From: Candidatus Marinacidobacterium sp.
Lineage (GTDB): Bacteria; Acidobacteriota; Vicinamibacteria; Marinacidobacterales; Marinacidobacteraceae
Direction of reading: 5' to 3'
DNA: 64,000 nt
NCBI GenBank assembly: GCA_965220965.1
Contig: OZ244852.1
Coordinates: forward strand, 1,152,001 to 1,216,000
In this document: piece by piece, positions 39,195 to 47,995 of the stretch
How the letters are laid out: the number at the start of each line of letters is the position of its first letter
Numbering within the stretch: the first letter of the stretch is position 1
Notes under the pieces: model-generated
The model's input: only the letters and a program-made list of their open reading frames with translations
Database searches by the model: none
Told to the model about the DNA's origin: nothing
Position numbers and translations under genes: made by a program

Positions 39195-40118
39195 TCAGTC
39201 CTGCTGCGACTCCCGGAACTCCGTGACCGCGCCGTGGAAGACGAAGAGCGCATCGCGGTCATCCGTCGGCGACTCGAAGTTGTAGGTCCGGCCACCCAGG
39301 ACCTTGAGCCGGAGGTTGTTCGCGATGTAATCGAACTCGAACGCCTCGACCTGCGCGAACGGAAGCTGGAAGGCGTCCCGGTGGTCCGTCCGGTAGTCGA
39401 ATCCCTCCGGACCGACATGGAGGACGCCGCTGCAGGACCCGAAGCGGTGCTTGTGGACCACTTCCACGTTGACATCCAGCGTCGCGGTCGGCGCGACCAG
39501 ATCGAAGCGCTCGCGCACCGGAGCGCGCTCGACATGGACCCGCCGGTTCTGGACCTCGTAGCCCTCGGCGGACACCGTGAGCCGGTATTCGCGGGGCTGG
39601 AGATCCCCGATGGTGACCGGCGCGTTGCCCTTGAAGTTCCGGTCGAGGAAGACCATCGCCCCGGGCGGGTTGGAGTCCACCACGATGGAGCCGAGCATCT
39701 CGGCCAGATCCACCGGCACGGAACGCGTCCGGCCGGCGCGGATCGTGATTTCGGCCTCGAACGGGTGGAAGTTCTCGCGCTCGACGCGGAGGTCGTGCGT
39801 TCCGGCGTCGAGGTCTTCCCAGCGTCCCGGGGCCGACCCCAGTTGGCGGCCGCCGAGGAAGACCATCGCGCCCTCGGCCCCGACGACTTCGAGCGCCCCG
39901 GTCGTGGGGGCTGGCGGCGGAGGCGGCCGCTCGGGGGCGTCCGGTTCGGGAGCCGGTTCCGGCTCGGCGGCGGCCGGCGCCTCGTCCACCGGCTCGGAGG
40001 CTGGCTCGTCCCCTCCCCCGCACCCGACGAGCAGGAACGCGCCGAAGAGCGCCAGAAGAAGCGCCGCCAGCCGCGCCGGCGCAGCGTGACTCGGGTGGGG
40101 CCACTGCATCGGAATCAC
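39195..40118 (-). CDS. PEGA-domain lipoprotein
   Basis: Lipobox LVGC, Pro-rich linker and two PEGA-like repeats (GSIVVDSNPPGAMVFLD). GTG start overlaps the upstream stop; ATG 40109 is an alternative. Confidence 0.75.
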   Translation of the reverse strand: MIPMQWPHPSHAAPARLAALLLALFGAFLLVGCGGGDEPASEPVDEAPAAAEPEPAPEPDAPERPPPPPAPTTGALEVVGAEGAMVFLGGRQLGSAPGRWEDLDAGTHDLRVERENFHPFEAEITIRAGRTRSVPVDLAEMLGSIVVDSNPPGAMVFLDRNFKGNAPVTIGDLQPREYRLTVSAEGYEVQNRRVHVERAPVRERFDLVAPTATLDVNVEVVHKHRFGSCSGVLHVGPEGFDYRTDHRDAFQLPFAQVEAFEFDYIANNLRLKVLGGRTYNFESPTDDRDALFVFHGAVTEFRESQQD

Positions 40119-40621
40119 GCCTCCAGCCGCCGGTAGCCCCGGTTCTGGTAGACGAGCGGCGCCGCGTCCGGCCGCTCGACGGCGGCATCGACGATGCGGC
40201 CGATGAAGAGCGTGTGGTCCCCTTCCCGGTGCGCCGACGCGACTTCGCAGTCCAGCCACCCGATGCAGCCGTCGAGGCGCGGGGGCGCGCCCTCCGGCGA
40301 CGACCCCTCCGCATGGGCGCCGGCGAACTGCTCTGCGCTCCCGAGGCCCGGCCGGGCGAAGTGGTTCGACACGTCCCGCTGGTCCTCTCCCATCAGGTGG
40401 ACCCGGAACCGGCCCGCGGCGATCGCCTCGTGGGCGCGCGCCTCCACCGCAATCGACACCAGGACGAGCGGCGGCTCGAGGCTCACCGAGACGAACGAAC
40501 TCACCGTGATCCCCCGCGGGCCGTCGGCGCCGCGGGCCGTCACCACCGTGACCAACTGGGGCGCCCGCCGCATGAAGTCGCGGAGCAGCTCGCCCGCATC
40601 CGGCGGCGTCGTCACCTGCAA
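40115..40621 (-). CDS. Flavin reductase-like (HpaC/DIM6-NTAB family) protein
   Basis: VTVVT...GITVSSFVSVSLEPPLVLVSI, GDHTLFIGRI and PLVYQNRGY motifs. Confidence 0.9.
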   Translation of the reverse strand: MQVTTPPDAGELLRDFMRRAPQLVTVVTARGADGPRGITVSSFVSVSLEPPLVLVSIAVEARAHEAIAAGRFRVHLMGEDQRDVSNHFARPGLGSAEQFAGAHAEGSSPEGAPPRLDGCIGWLDCEVASAHREGDHTLFIGRIVDAAVERPDAAPLVYQNRGYRRLEA

Positions 40622-40651
40622 GGCGTCACCCGCCGGAGACCCGGCCCCGGC

Positions 40652-41146
40652 TCACCCGGCGAGCTCGGTGAAGTCCGCGGCGTAGCTGACCGCCACGGCG
40701 CCGCGCAGCGTGTTCGCGAGCGGGCAGCCCCGCTCATGGAAGCGCAGCGCCCGTTCGGCGTCCTGGCGCTTTCCCGCCGGCAACCGCAGCTTGTAGCGGA
40801 TCCGGATGGCCCGGAGCGCCATGACCCCGTCCTCATCCACGATGTCGCCCTCGACATCGGCGGAGAGCCGGTCCGGCTGGCTCGGAATGCCGCGTGCTTC
40901 GAGCGCCCGCCCGAACGTGCCCAGCATTCAACCGCCGGTGGCGGCGACGACGTAATCGAGGGTCGCGGGAAGCTCCTCCGCCGGGGTCACGCCGTAGAAG
41001 GCCGCGATCCCGCTGTGGACCCCGAAGCGGACCGGCGTCTCGAAGTCCTCGAGGAAGGCCTGCCGCACCGGGCCGGCCTCCTTGACCACCCGCGCGTGGC
41101 AGGTGTGGACGACCCGCGCCGGACTCTCGCCGGCGGCCGGAGTCAA
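40652..41146 (-). CDS. Selenoprotein: OsmC/Ohr-like protein
   Basis: Two in-frame track ORFs are joined by UGA at 40928-40930: LDYVVAATGG-U-MLGTF, at the OsmC catalytic Cys position. A second Cys lies in HERGCPL. SECIS-like stem TTCGGGC-GGGC-GCTCGAA. Confidence 0.85.
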
Positions 41147-41709
41147 GGGGACTCCCCGAAGATGTCGGCGTGGAGCGCCTTGACCGGAGCCCCGCTGCCG
41201 GCCAGCGACAGGTCGAGGTCCAGCGTCGTGCTGGTCGGGGCGCTGCAGGCGTTGTCGGTGCAGAGCTGGTAGCGCACCAGCACCGAGGCGGCGGTTTTTC
41301 CCGAGGACTTCGAGGCGGCGGTCACCGGAATGCGGATCGCGACCTTGCCCTCGTAGAGATCGAACTCCCCGAGTCCCGAGAGGTCCCGGCGGATGGGCGC
41401 CGGGTAGTCGACCTCCCCGGCCTCGAACTCGGCGGGTTCGATGAGCTCCACGACGGTTCCCGTCGGGAACGGCTCCTCGGGACCGTAGAGGTGGTACCCG
41501 GGATCCAGTTCGGCCACGACCGCGACCTCGAACCGGTCCCCGGGGCGGATCGGTGACTGGGAGGCGACCAGCTCGAACCGCGCCGCGTTGTCCCAGTCGG
41601 GGATCTCGGGGATCTGCGCGGCCGCGCTCACCGGAACGAGCGCGAACGGCAGCACGAAGGGCAGCAGCCGGCGCCGGAGCGCAACGGCGGAGATGCGGGA
41701 AGAGGACAT
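41143..41709 (-). CDS. Exported DsbD N-terminal (alpha) domain-like protein
   Basis: Signal peptide, LDPGYHLYG, YEGKVAI and YQLCTDNAC (Cx4C) motifs; start at ATG 41709. Confidence 0.8.
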   Translation of the reverse strand: MSSSRISAVALRRRLLPFVLPFALVPVSAAAQIPEIPDWDNAARFELVASQSPIRPGDRFEVAVVAELDPGYHLYGPEEPFPTGTVVELIEPAEFEAGEVDYPAPIRRDLSGLGEFDLYEGKVAIRIPVTAASKSSGKTAASVLVRYQLCTDNACSAPTSTTLDLDLSLAGSGAPVKALHADIFGESP

Positions 41710-41726
41710 GAGCGTCGGACCTCCTG

Positions 41727-42323
41727 TCAGGAACCGGGCAGGCCGGCGATCTCGTCGAGGATCTCGCCCGGCGCGGTCCGGTCGCGGTAATTCACCCATA
41801 CGTTCACGAAGCGGACGACCCCTTCCCTGTCCACGATGATCGTGGCGGGGTGCGCGAGTCCCTCGCGCTCGGTGCCGTCATGGTCCGTGTTGCGGATCCC
41901 GTAGGCGGAGATCACGTCAGCCCCGTCCACCAGGATGGGAAAGCTCCAGTCGTTCTCGGAGAGCCAGGTCTGCGTCTCCGCGGCGTCGTACATCGAGATG
42001 CCGAGCACGGTGGCGTCCACCGACTCGAACCGTTCCAGGGACGTTTGCAGCTCGCCGAGCTGCGCCTTGCAGAATGGTCACCAACCGCCGCTGCGGAAGA
42101 ACTCGAGAACGACGGGGCCGCGTTCGACGAGCTCCGACAGCCGGTAGGCCGTCCCGTGGGCGTCCCGGAGTTCGAAGTCCGGGGCGGGCTGGCCGACCTG
42201 CACGGTCGAAGTCTCCATCCCCTGCGCCGCAGCGGAGGGGGCGAGACCCCATCCGAGGCCCAGCGTGAGAACGGCGATGGCGAGGCTACGCGCCACGAAG
42301 CCGGTAGCGGAGTTCGAGAGCAT
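41727..42323 (-). CDS. Selenoprotein: exported AhpC/TSA (peroxiredoxin-like) protein
   Basis: VGQPAPDFEL...PVVLEFFRSGGW-UGA(42078-42080)-PFC gives UxxC. The frame continues to HPATIIVDREGVVRF. SECIS-like hairpin GCAGCTC-GGC-GAGCTGC. Confidence 0.87.
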
Positions 42324-42410
42324 GGCGAACCGATTCTAGCATGTCGAACGCGGCGTTCCACCCCCGCGAAAGACGCGCCAAGTCATTGATATATGGCGAC
42401 TTACGGCGCA

Positions 42411-42426
42411 TGTCGGCGCGCCGACA
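42411..42426. promoter_or_regulatory. Perfect 16-bp palindrome TGTCGGCGCGCCGACA, candidate non-canonical parS
   Basis: Same length and TGT...ACA ends as canonical parS (TGTTTCACGTGAAACA); lies 9 nt beyond the parB stop. Confidence 0.5.
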
Positions 42427-42435
42427 CCGTCAGGA

Positions 42436-43314
42436 TCATCCGGAAGCGGAGCGATCCCCCGCTCCATCCCGCTCCGCGCCGTCGCCGCCACCGTCCCCCT
42501 GGTTCGATTCGAGCTGCCGGAGCAGGTCGCGCAGGGCGTCGATGACCTCGGTCTCCTCGACTTCGCTGCGCCGGAACGTCATGTGGAGACGGAACGGGCT
42601 TCCCTTGGGGGCGTACCGGAACACGAAGGGCCGCGCCCGCCCCCTGCCCGCCCGCTTGCGCTTCACCGGCGGCTCGCTCACCCCGGACGCGAGACGCTGC
42701 ACGCATTCGGCCATCGCCTCGGGCGTCGCCTCGCGCGCCACCCGCAGGAGCTGCCGGCGGGAGCGCACGCCGGCCGCCTGACACATCTCGCGGATCTCCG
42801 GGGGGATGTTGAGCAGCGCGAGGGACTCGGTGATGGAGGTCCGGGGTCGCCCGACCCGGCGCGACAGCGACTCGTGGGTGTGGCCGTGCTCCCGGATCAT
42901 CGCCTCGTAGGCGGCCGCCTCCTCGAACGGAGACAGGTCGTCGCGCAGGAGGTTCTCGACGATCGCGAGCTCGAGCGACTCCGCCTCGTCGGCGTCCCGC
43001 TCGACACAGGGGATCTCGCGCATCCCCACCTGGAGCGCGGCGCGGAAGCGGCGTTCCCCGGCGATTATCTGGAAGTCCTTCGGTCCGAGGCGGCGCACCA
43101 GGATGGGCTGCAGCAGCCCCTGCTCGCGGATCGATGTGGCGAGAGCCTCGAGCGACCCGATGCGCTGGCGGGGCTGGTCGGGGTTGGCGTGGATCTGGGC
43201 GACCGGGATCAGCCGGTGGCGGTTCGCCGGTTCGTCCGTGACCAGGCTGGCCACGTAGTGCCGGTCCCGCTTGCGCAGGCCGACCGCCTCAGGCAGACCG
43301 GTTCGCTTTGACAC
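42436..43314 (-). CDS. parB: ParB/RepB/Spo0J-family protein
   Basis: NPDQPR, GLLQPILVR, IIAGERRFRAA (CTP-binding motif), ENLLRDDLSPFEEA and an HTH region. Confidence 0.9.
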   Translation of the reverse strand: MSKRTGLPEAVGLRKRDRHYVASLVTDEPANRHRLIPVAQIHANPDQPRQRIGSLEALATSIREQGLLQPILVRRLGPKDFQIIAGERRFRAALQVGMREIPCVERDADEAESLELAIVENLLRDDLSPFEEAAAYEAMIREHGHTHESLSRRVGRPRTSITESLALLNIPPEIREMCQAAGVRSRRQLLRVAREATPEAMAECVQRLASGVSEPPVKRKRAGRGRARPFVFRYAPKGSPFRLHMTFRRSEVEETEVIDALRDLLRQLESNQGDGGGDGAERDGAGDRSASG

Positions 43315-44065
43315 GTTCGAGGACTTCCCCGGCGAGCCGCCGGTAGTCGTGAGCGCCGGCGGAGTCCGGCGCGAACGAAAAGATGGACTCCCGGTAGGCC
43401 GGACTCTCCTCCAGCCTCACGTTCCGCCGGACCTTCGCCCGGAAGGTGGCGGCGCCGAAGTGGGTCCGGATGCGGCGCACGGCGTCCTGCGAGATGCGCG
43501 TCCGGGCGTCATGCATGGTGATCGCCACCCCGAGCAGCGCCAGGTCCGGGTTCGGCCGGCGACGGATCTGCTCCACGGTGTCGAGCAGGTCGTCGGCGCC
43601 CTCGAGGGCGTAATAGGAAGGCTGCAGCGGGATCAGCAGGTAGTCGCTCGCGACCAGCGCGTTCACCGTGATGAGTCCCAGGGTCGGCGGGGTGTCGATC
43701 ACGATCAGGTCGAAATCGTCCAGGACGTGCTGGATCCGGTCCCGCAGCCGGTAGTGGGCGTCGATGTCGCCGAGCAACTGGCGCTCCAGCTTGGCGAGGG
43801 ATATGCGCGACGGCGCCATGGAGAGCCGCTCGATGGCGGTCGGGCGGATGATGTCAGCAAACCGCGCTTCCCCCGTCAGGGCCTCCAGCATCGAAGGCGC
43901 TTCCGGGTCCGGGTCGAGGTAGCTGACCGAGGCGTTCGCCTGCGGATCCAGGTCCACCAGCAGCGTGCGCTCGCCGGCCTGCGCGAACGCCGCCGCCAGG
44001 TTGACCGAGGTCGTGGTCTTGGCGACGCCGCCCTTCTGGTTCGCGACGGTGATCGTCGCTCCCAC
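43289..44065 (-). CDS. parA: ParA/Soj-family ATPase
   Basis: NQKGGVAKTT deviant Walker A, VDLDPQAN and IDTPPTLG motifs. Confidence 0.92.
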   Translation of the reverse strand: MGATITVANQKGGVAKTTTSVNLAAAFAQAGERTLLVDLDPQANASVSYLDPDPEAPSMLEALTGEARFADIIRPTAIERLSMAPSRISLAKLERQLLGDIDAHYRLRDRIQHVLDDFDLIVIDTPPTLGLITVNALVASDYLLIPLQPSYYALEGADDLLDTVEQIRRRPNPDLALLGVAITMHDARTRISQDAVRRIRTHFGAATFRAKVRRNVRLEESPAYRESIFSFAPDSAGAHDYRRLAGEVLERVKANRSA

Positions 44066-44081
44066 GCGCGCCTCCCCTTCC

Positions 44082-44579
44082 CTACTGGGAGTCGCCGAGG
44101 TCCTCGTCGTCGAGGGACTCCAGCCAGTCGGCGAGCGCCTCGCTGTCTTCCGGCGGCTCGCCGTCGGCGATCAGCTCGTCTCCGCTCTGGACGCTCCGCT
44201 CGATGACGCGGGCGTGGGCGTAGATCGGGGCGCGGGTGCGGAGCGCGATGGCGATCGCGTCGCTCGGGCGCGCATCGATCACGAGCCGCAGGCGCTTGCG
44301 CTCGATGTGGATGTGCGCGTAGAAGGTGTTCCGCCGCAGGTCGTGGATCACGACCTTCAGAACGCGGGCGTCCAGCTCGCGCAGCAGCTCGCGGATCAGA
44401 TCGTGGGTCAGGGGCCGCGGGGGCTCGTAGTTTTCGACCTGGAGGCCGATGGCGCGGCACTCGAGCGGCCCGACCCGGATGGGGAGCTCGCGGTTGCCCG
44501 GCTCCTCCTTGAGCATCACGACCGCCGAGTTGTCCCTCGGGAGCATGAAGATCGCCTTGATGCTCATCTCAACTTCCAT
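44082..44579 (-). CDS. Bifunctional nuclease family protein (DUF151)
   Basis: LPIRVG, PPRPLTHDL and IDARPSDAIAIALR motifs; start at ATG 44579. Confidence 0.9.
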   Translation of the reverse strand: MEVEMSIKAIFMLPRDNSAVVMLKEEPGNRELPIRVGPLECRAIGLQVENYEPPRPLTHDLIRELLRELDARVLKVVIHDLRRNTFYAHIHIERKRLRLVIDARPSDAIAIALRTRAPIYAHARVIERSVQSGDELIADGEPPEDSEALADWLESLDDEDLGDSQ

Positions 44580-46047
44580 CGCGCACTCCCTGGAACAACG
44601 AGGGCGCTCCACCGGCCAGCACCGGAAGCGGAATCTCCGGCTGCCGGCGGGACGGCGCGGCGAGCGTCGAAGCGGGTCGCTCCGGCGACGTGAGTTCGCC
44701 CCGGAGACTGTTGGGGCCGAACCCGGTGATGGCGACCCGGGCGAAGGCCCCGACGAGCGACGCCGGGCCCGGGAAGTTGACCACCCGGTTGTCCTCGGCG
44801 CGGCCCGCCAGGAAGTCGCCCCGGCGACTCGGACCTTCGACAAGAACCTCCACCTCGCGACCCACGAGCGCGGCGTGGAGCTCGAGCTGGATCGCGCGCT
44901 GCCGCGCCTGAAGCTCCATCAGCCGCGCGGTCTTCTCGCCGTCCGGCACATCGTCGGGCAGGCGCTTCACCGCGAGCGTGTGGGGCCGCTCGGAGTACTT
45001 GAAGGAATAGGCGGAAGAAAACCGGACTTCGTCGAGCAGGCTGAGCGTGTCCTCGAATTCCGCGCGGGTCTCGCCGCAGAACCCGACGATCAGGTCGGTG
45101 GAGAGCGCGAGGCCGGGCGCCTTCTCCCGGGCGTCCGTGACCAGCCGCAGGAACTCCCCGCGGCTGTAGCCGCGCCGCATCCGCTCGAGCACGCTGGTCG
45201 AGCCGGACTGCGCCGGGAGGTGCATGTGCGGCATGAGCGGACCGCCCGCGGCGAACCGCTCCATCAGCGCCGGGCTGAAGTCCTTCGGATGGGGGCTGGT
45301 GAACCGGATGCGGCGGATCCCCGAAACGGCGGAGACGGCGTCGATCAGCGCCGCGAAGTCCCGCCCGTCCTCCGGATCCCGGTAGGAGTTCACGTTCTGC
45401 CCGAGAAGCTGGATCTCGCGGAAGCCGTCGCCGGCGAGGGCCTCCGCTTCGCGGACGACCGACCCGACCGTGCGACAGCGTTCCCTGCCCCGGGTGAAGG
45501 GCACGACGCAGAACGAACAGAAGTTGTCGCAGCCCTCCATGATGGTGATCCACGCCTTGACGCCGGGGACGCGCTCGATCTGTTCCGGCGGGATGTCGAG
45601 GTTGTCGGCGTGGCGTCCGGTTTCCACGATCCGGGTCTCGCCGTCGAGCAGACGCCGCACGATCTGCGGAAGACGGACCAGCGCCTGCGTGCCCAGCACG
45701 AAGTCCACCGCCGGGGCGCGGGCGAAGATCGCCTCGCCTTCCTGCTGGGCGACGCAGCCGGCGACGCCGATCAGCAGCGGGCGCGAAGCCCGGGCGCGGC
45801 CCTTGCCGCCCACGAGCTGCTCGACCCGGGAAAACACCTTCTCCTGGGCTTTCTCGCGCACCGAGCAGGTGTTCAGCACCACGATCTCGCCGCCGGGATC
45901 GGCCTCTCCCCTCGCCGGGCGGGCGCCGAGCGACCCGAGCGCCGCCGCCATCTTCTCCGAGTCGTGGACGTTCATCTGGCAGCCCCAGGTCTCGATGCGG
46001 TATCGAAGACCGGGGTCGCCCGGCGAACGGTCCTGAGCGGGGGGCAT
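44569..46047 (-). CDS. miaB: tRNA-2-methylthio-N6-dimethylallyladenosine synthase
   Basis: TWGCQMNVHDSE, NTCSVREKA, radical-SAM CDNFCSFC and a C-terminal TRAM domain. Confidence 0.95.
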   Translation of the reverse strand: MPPAQDRSPGDPGLRYRIETWGCQMNVHDSEKMAAALGSLGARPARGEADPGGEIVVLNTCSVREKAQEKVFSRVEQLVGGKGRARASRPLLIGVAGCVAQQEGEAIFARAPAVDFVLGTQALVRLPQIVRRLLDGETRIVETGRHADNLDIPPEQIERVPGVKAWITIMEGCDNFCSFCVVPFTRGRERCRTVGSVVREAEALAGDGFREIQLLGQNVNSYRDPEDGRDFAALIDAVSAVSGIRRIRFTSPHPKDFSPALMERFAAGGPLMPHMHLPAQSGSTSVLERMRRGYSRGEFLRLVTDAREKAPGLALSTDLIVGFCGETRAEFEDTLSLLDEVRFSSAYSFKYSERPHTLAVKRLPDDVPDGEKTARLMELQARQRAIQLELHAALVGREVEVLVEGPSRRGDFLAGRAEDNRVVNFPGPASLVGAFARVAITGFGPNSLRGELTSPERPASTLAAPSRRQPEIPLPVLAGGAPSLFQGVRDGS

Positions 46048-46056
46048 GCCCGGACG

Positions 46057-47859
46057 TCAGGCTCCGGGAGTCCCGCCCGCGTCGGAAACCGCTTCCCGCG
46101 GCCGCGGCGGGTCGCCCGGCGACGCGGCGCCGCGCAGAAGGTCCCGGGCGTTATCGCGGGCGGCGTCCGTGACTTCGGGACCGGCGAGCATGCGGGCGAT
46201 CTCCTCGGTGCGATGCTCATCCCTGAGGTGGCGCACCCGAACCGAGCCGTCGGATTCTAGTTTTTCGACCCTCAGGTGGCGCCCCGCGAGCGCCGCCACC
46301 TGCGGCAGGTGGGTCACGCAGAGCACCTGCCGGCCGCCCGAGAGGCGACGGAGCCGCCGCCCCACCGCATCGGCGACCCGCCCGGAGGTCCCGGCGTCCA
46401 CTTCGTCGAACACCAGAGTCGGACCGCTCCCCTCCCCCGCCGCCGCGCGCCCGGCCCCGGCGGCCTTGAGCGCGAGGAAGAACCGGGACGACTCGCCCCC
46501 GGAAGCGACTTCGGCCAGCGGGGCCGGAGGGAGTTCGGGGTTCGCGCTGAAGCGGAACGCGACCCGGTCCCAGCCCTCGGCCGTGAAGCGGTCAGAAGGA
46601 GGTTCGTCGAAGGACCCGTCCGCGGGCGCCGGGCGAGGATCCAGCCGGATCTCGAAGCGGGCCTTGGTCAGCCCCAGCCCGGGCAGCTCCGCCAGGACCG
46701 CGGCCGAAAGCTCCAGGGCGGCCTCGCCCCGCGCCGCGCTCAGTTTCCAGGCCGCCCGCCGATAGGAGGCCGCCGCCTCCTCGACCGCGGCGGCGGCTTC
46801 GGCGCGCGCCGCTTCCCGGCGCCCCAGCGAGGCCAGTTCGGTGCGGATCTCCTCGGCGCGCGCCAGCAGCGCCTCGGCGCCGCCCGCGCCCGCGGTGTGG
46901 CGACGCTCGAGCCGCCGCAGGAGCGCCAGCCGGTCCTCGATCCAGGCGAGGCGCTCCGGACCGGCGTCGATCTCCGCGCGCCGGTCGCGGACGGCGGCGG
47001 CGAGATCCTCCACCTCGGCCACCAGGTCGGGACGCCCCTCCAGGAGGGCGGCGGTGGCCGGATCGATCCCGGCGACCGCCTCCAGTTCGCGGAGAGCGGC
47101 GGCGAGCTGCGCGCCGGCGGCGCGGTCCGAACCGTAGAGCGCCTCCCAGGCGGACCCGAGCCCTTCGAGGAGCCGCTCGCTCCGACCCAGGACGGTGCGC
47201 TCTTCGAGCAGCGCCTCCTTCTCGCCCGGTTCGGGCGCGGCGGCCTCGATTTCGCGGAGCGCGGCCTCGAGGGCGCGCCGGTCTTCGCCCGGGGTCGCAT
47301 CGCCGGCCAGCGCCTCGGCGCACGCCATCGCCTCGCGCAACCGCTGGTGCGCGGCGCGGACTTCCGCGAGCTCCCGGTGGTGGCCGCCCGCCCCGTCGAC
47401 CGCCTCCCGCGCGGCCCCGGGGCGCAGGAGCGCCAGGTGCTCCCCCTGCCCGTAGACCTCGGCGAGAAGCGCGCCGACGCGCCGCAGCGCGCCGACCGGG
47501 ATGGCGCTCCCGTTGAGTGATGCGCGGCTCACGACCGTCCGCCCTCCGGGACCCGGCCGCAGCACGCGCCGGATCACCAGTTCGCCGTCCTCCACCGGAA
47601 CGCCGGCCTCGTCGAGCGCCTCCGAAAGAGACCCCGCACGCGAAGCGGGCGCCTGGAACCCGGCTTCGACCACCGTGCGGTCGCCGTGGGGACCGATCTG
47701 CCGGGCGCGCCCGCGGGCCCCGAGCGCGAGCCCGAGCGACTCGAGGAGGAGGCTCTTCCCCGCCCCGGTCTCGCCGGTGAGGACGTGGAGACCCTCGTCG
47801 AACTCGACGGAGACATCCCGCAGGAGCGCCAGGTTCCGGACGCGGAGCCAGAGGAGCAT
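46057..47859 (-). CDS. recN: DNA repair protein RecN
   Basis: LTGETGAGKS, ASGGESSR, FDEVDAG and QVLCVTHLPQVAA motifs. Confidence 0.93.
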   Translation of the reverse strand: MLLWLRVRNLALLRDVSVEFDEGLHVLTGETGAGKSLLLESLGLALGARGRARQIGPHGDRTVVEAGFQAPASRAGSLSEALDEAGVPVEDGELVIRRVLRPGPGGRTVVSRASLNGSAIPVGALRRVGALLAEVYGQGEHLALLRPGAAREAVDGAGGHHRELAEVRAAHQRLREAMACAEALAGDATPGEDRRALEAALREIEAAAPEPGEKEALLEERTVLGRSERLLEGLGSAWEALYGSDRAAGAQLAAALRELEAVAGIDPATAALLEGRPDLVAEVEDLAAAVRDRRAEIDAGPERLAWIEDRLALLRRLERRHTAGAGGAEALLARAEEIRTELASLGRREAARAEAAAAVEEAAASYRRAAWKLSAARGEAALELSAAVLAELPGLGLTKARFEIRLDPRPAPADGSFDEPPSDRFTAEGWDRVAFRFSANPELPPAPLAEVASGGESSRFFLALKAAGAGRAAAGEGSGPTLVFDEVDAGTSGRVADAVGRRLRRLSGGRQVLCVTHLPQVAALAGRHLRVEKLESDGSVRVRHLRDEHRTEEIARMLAGPEVTDAARDNARDLLRGAASPGDPPRPREAVSDAGGTPGA

Positions 47860-47995
47860 CTAGGGGAGGAATCGCCTGGGGAATCGTCGCGGAGCGCGGG
47901 GGTATTCGGCGGGGTACGAACGGCGCCCGAATGCGCCTCCGCCGAACCGCGCGGATCCTACGCCCGGTGGACTCCCGGTAGGCCGCCGCGGCGGC

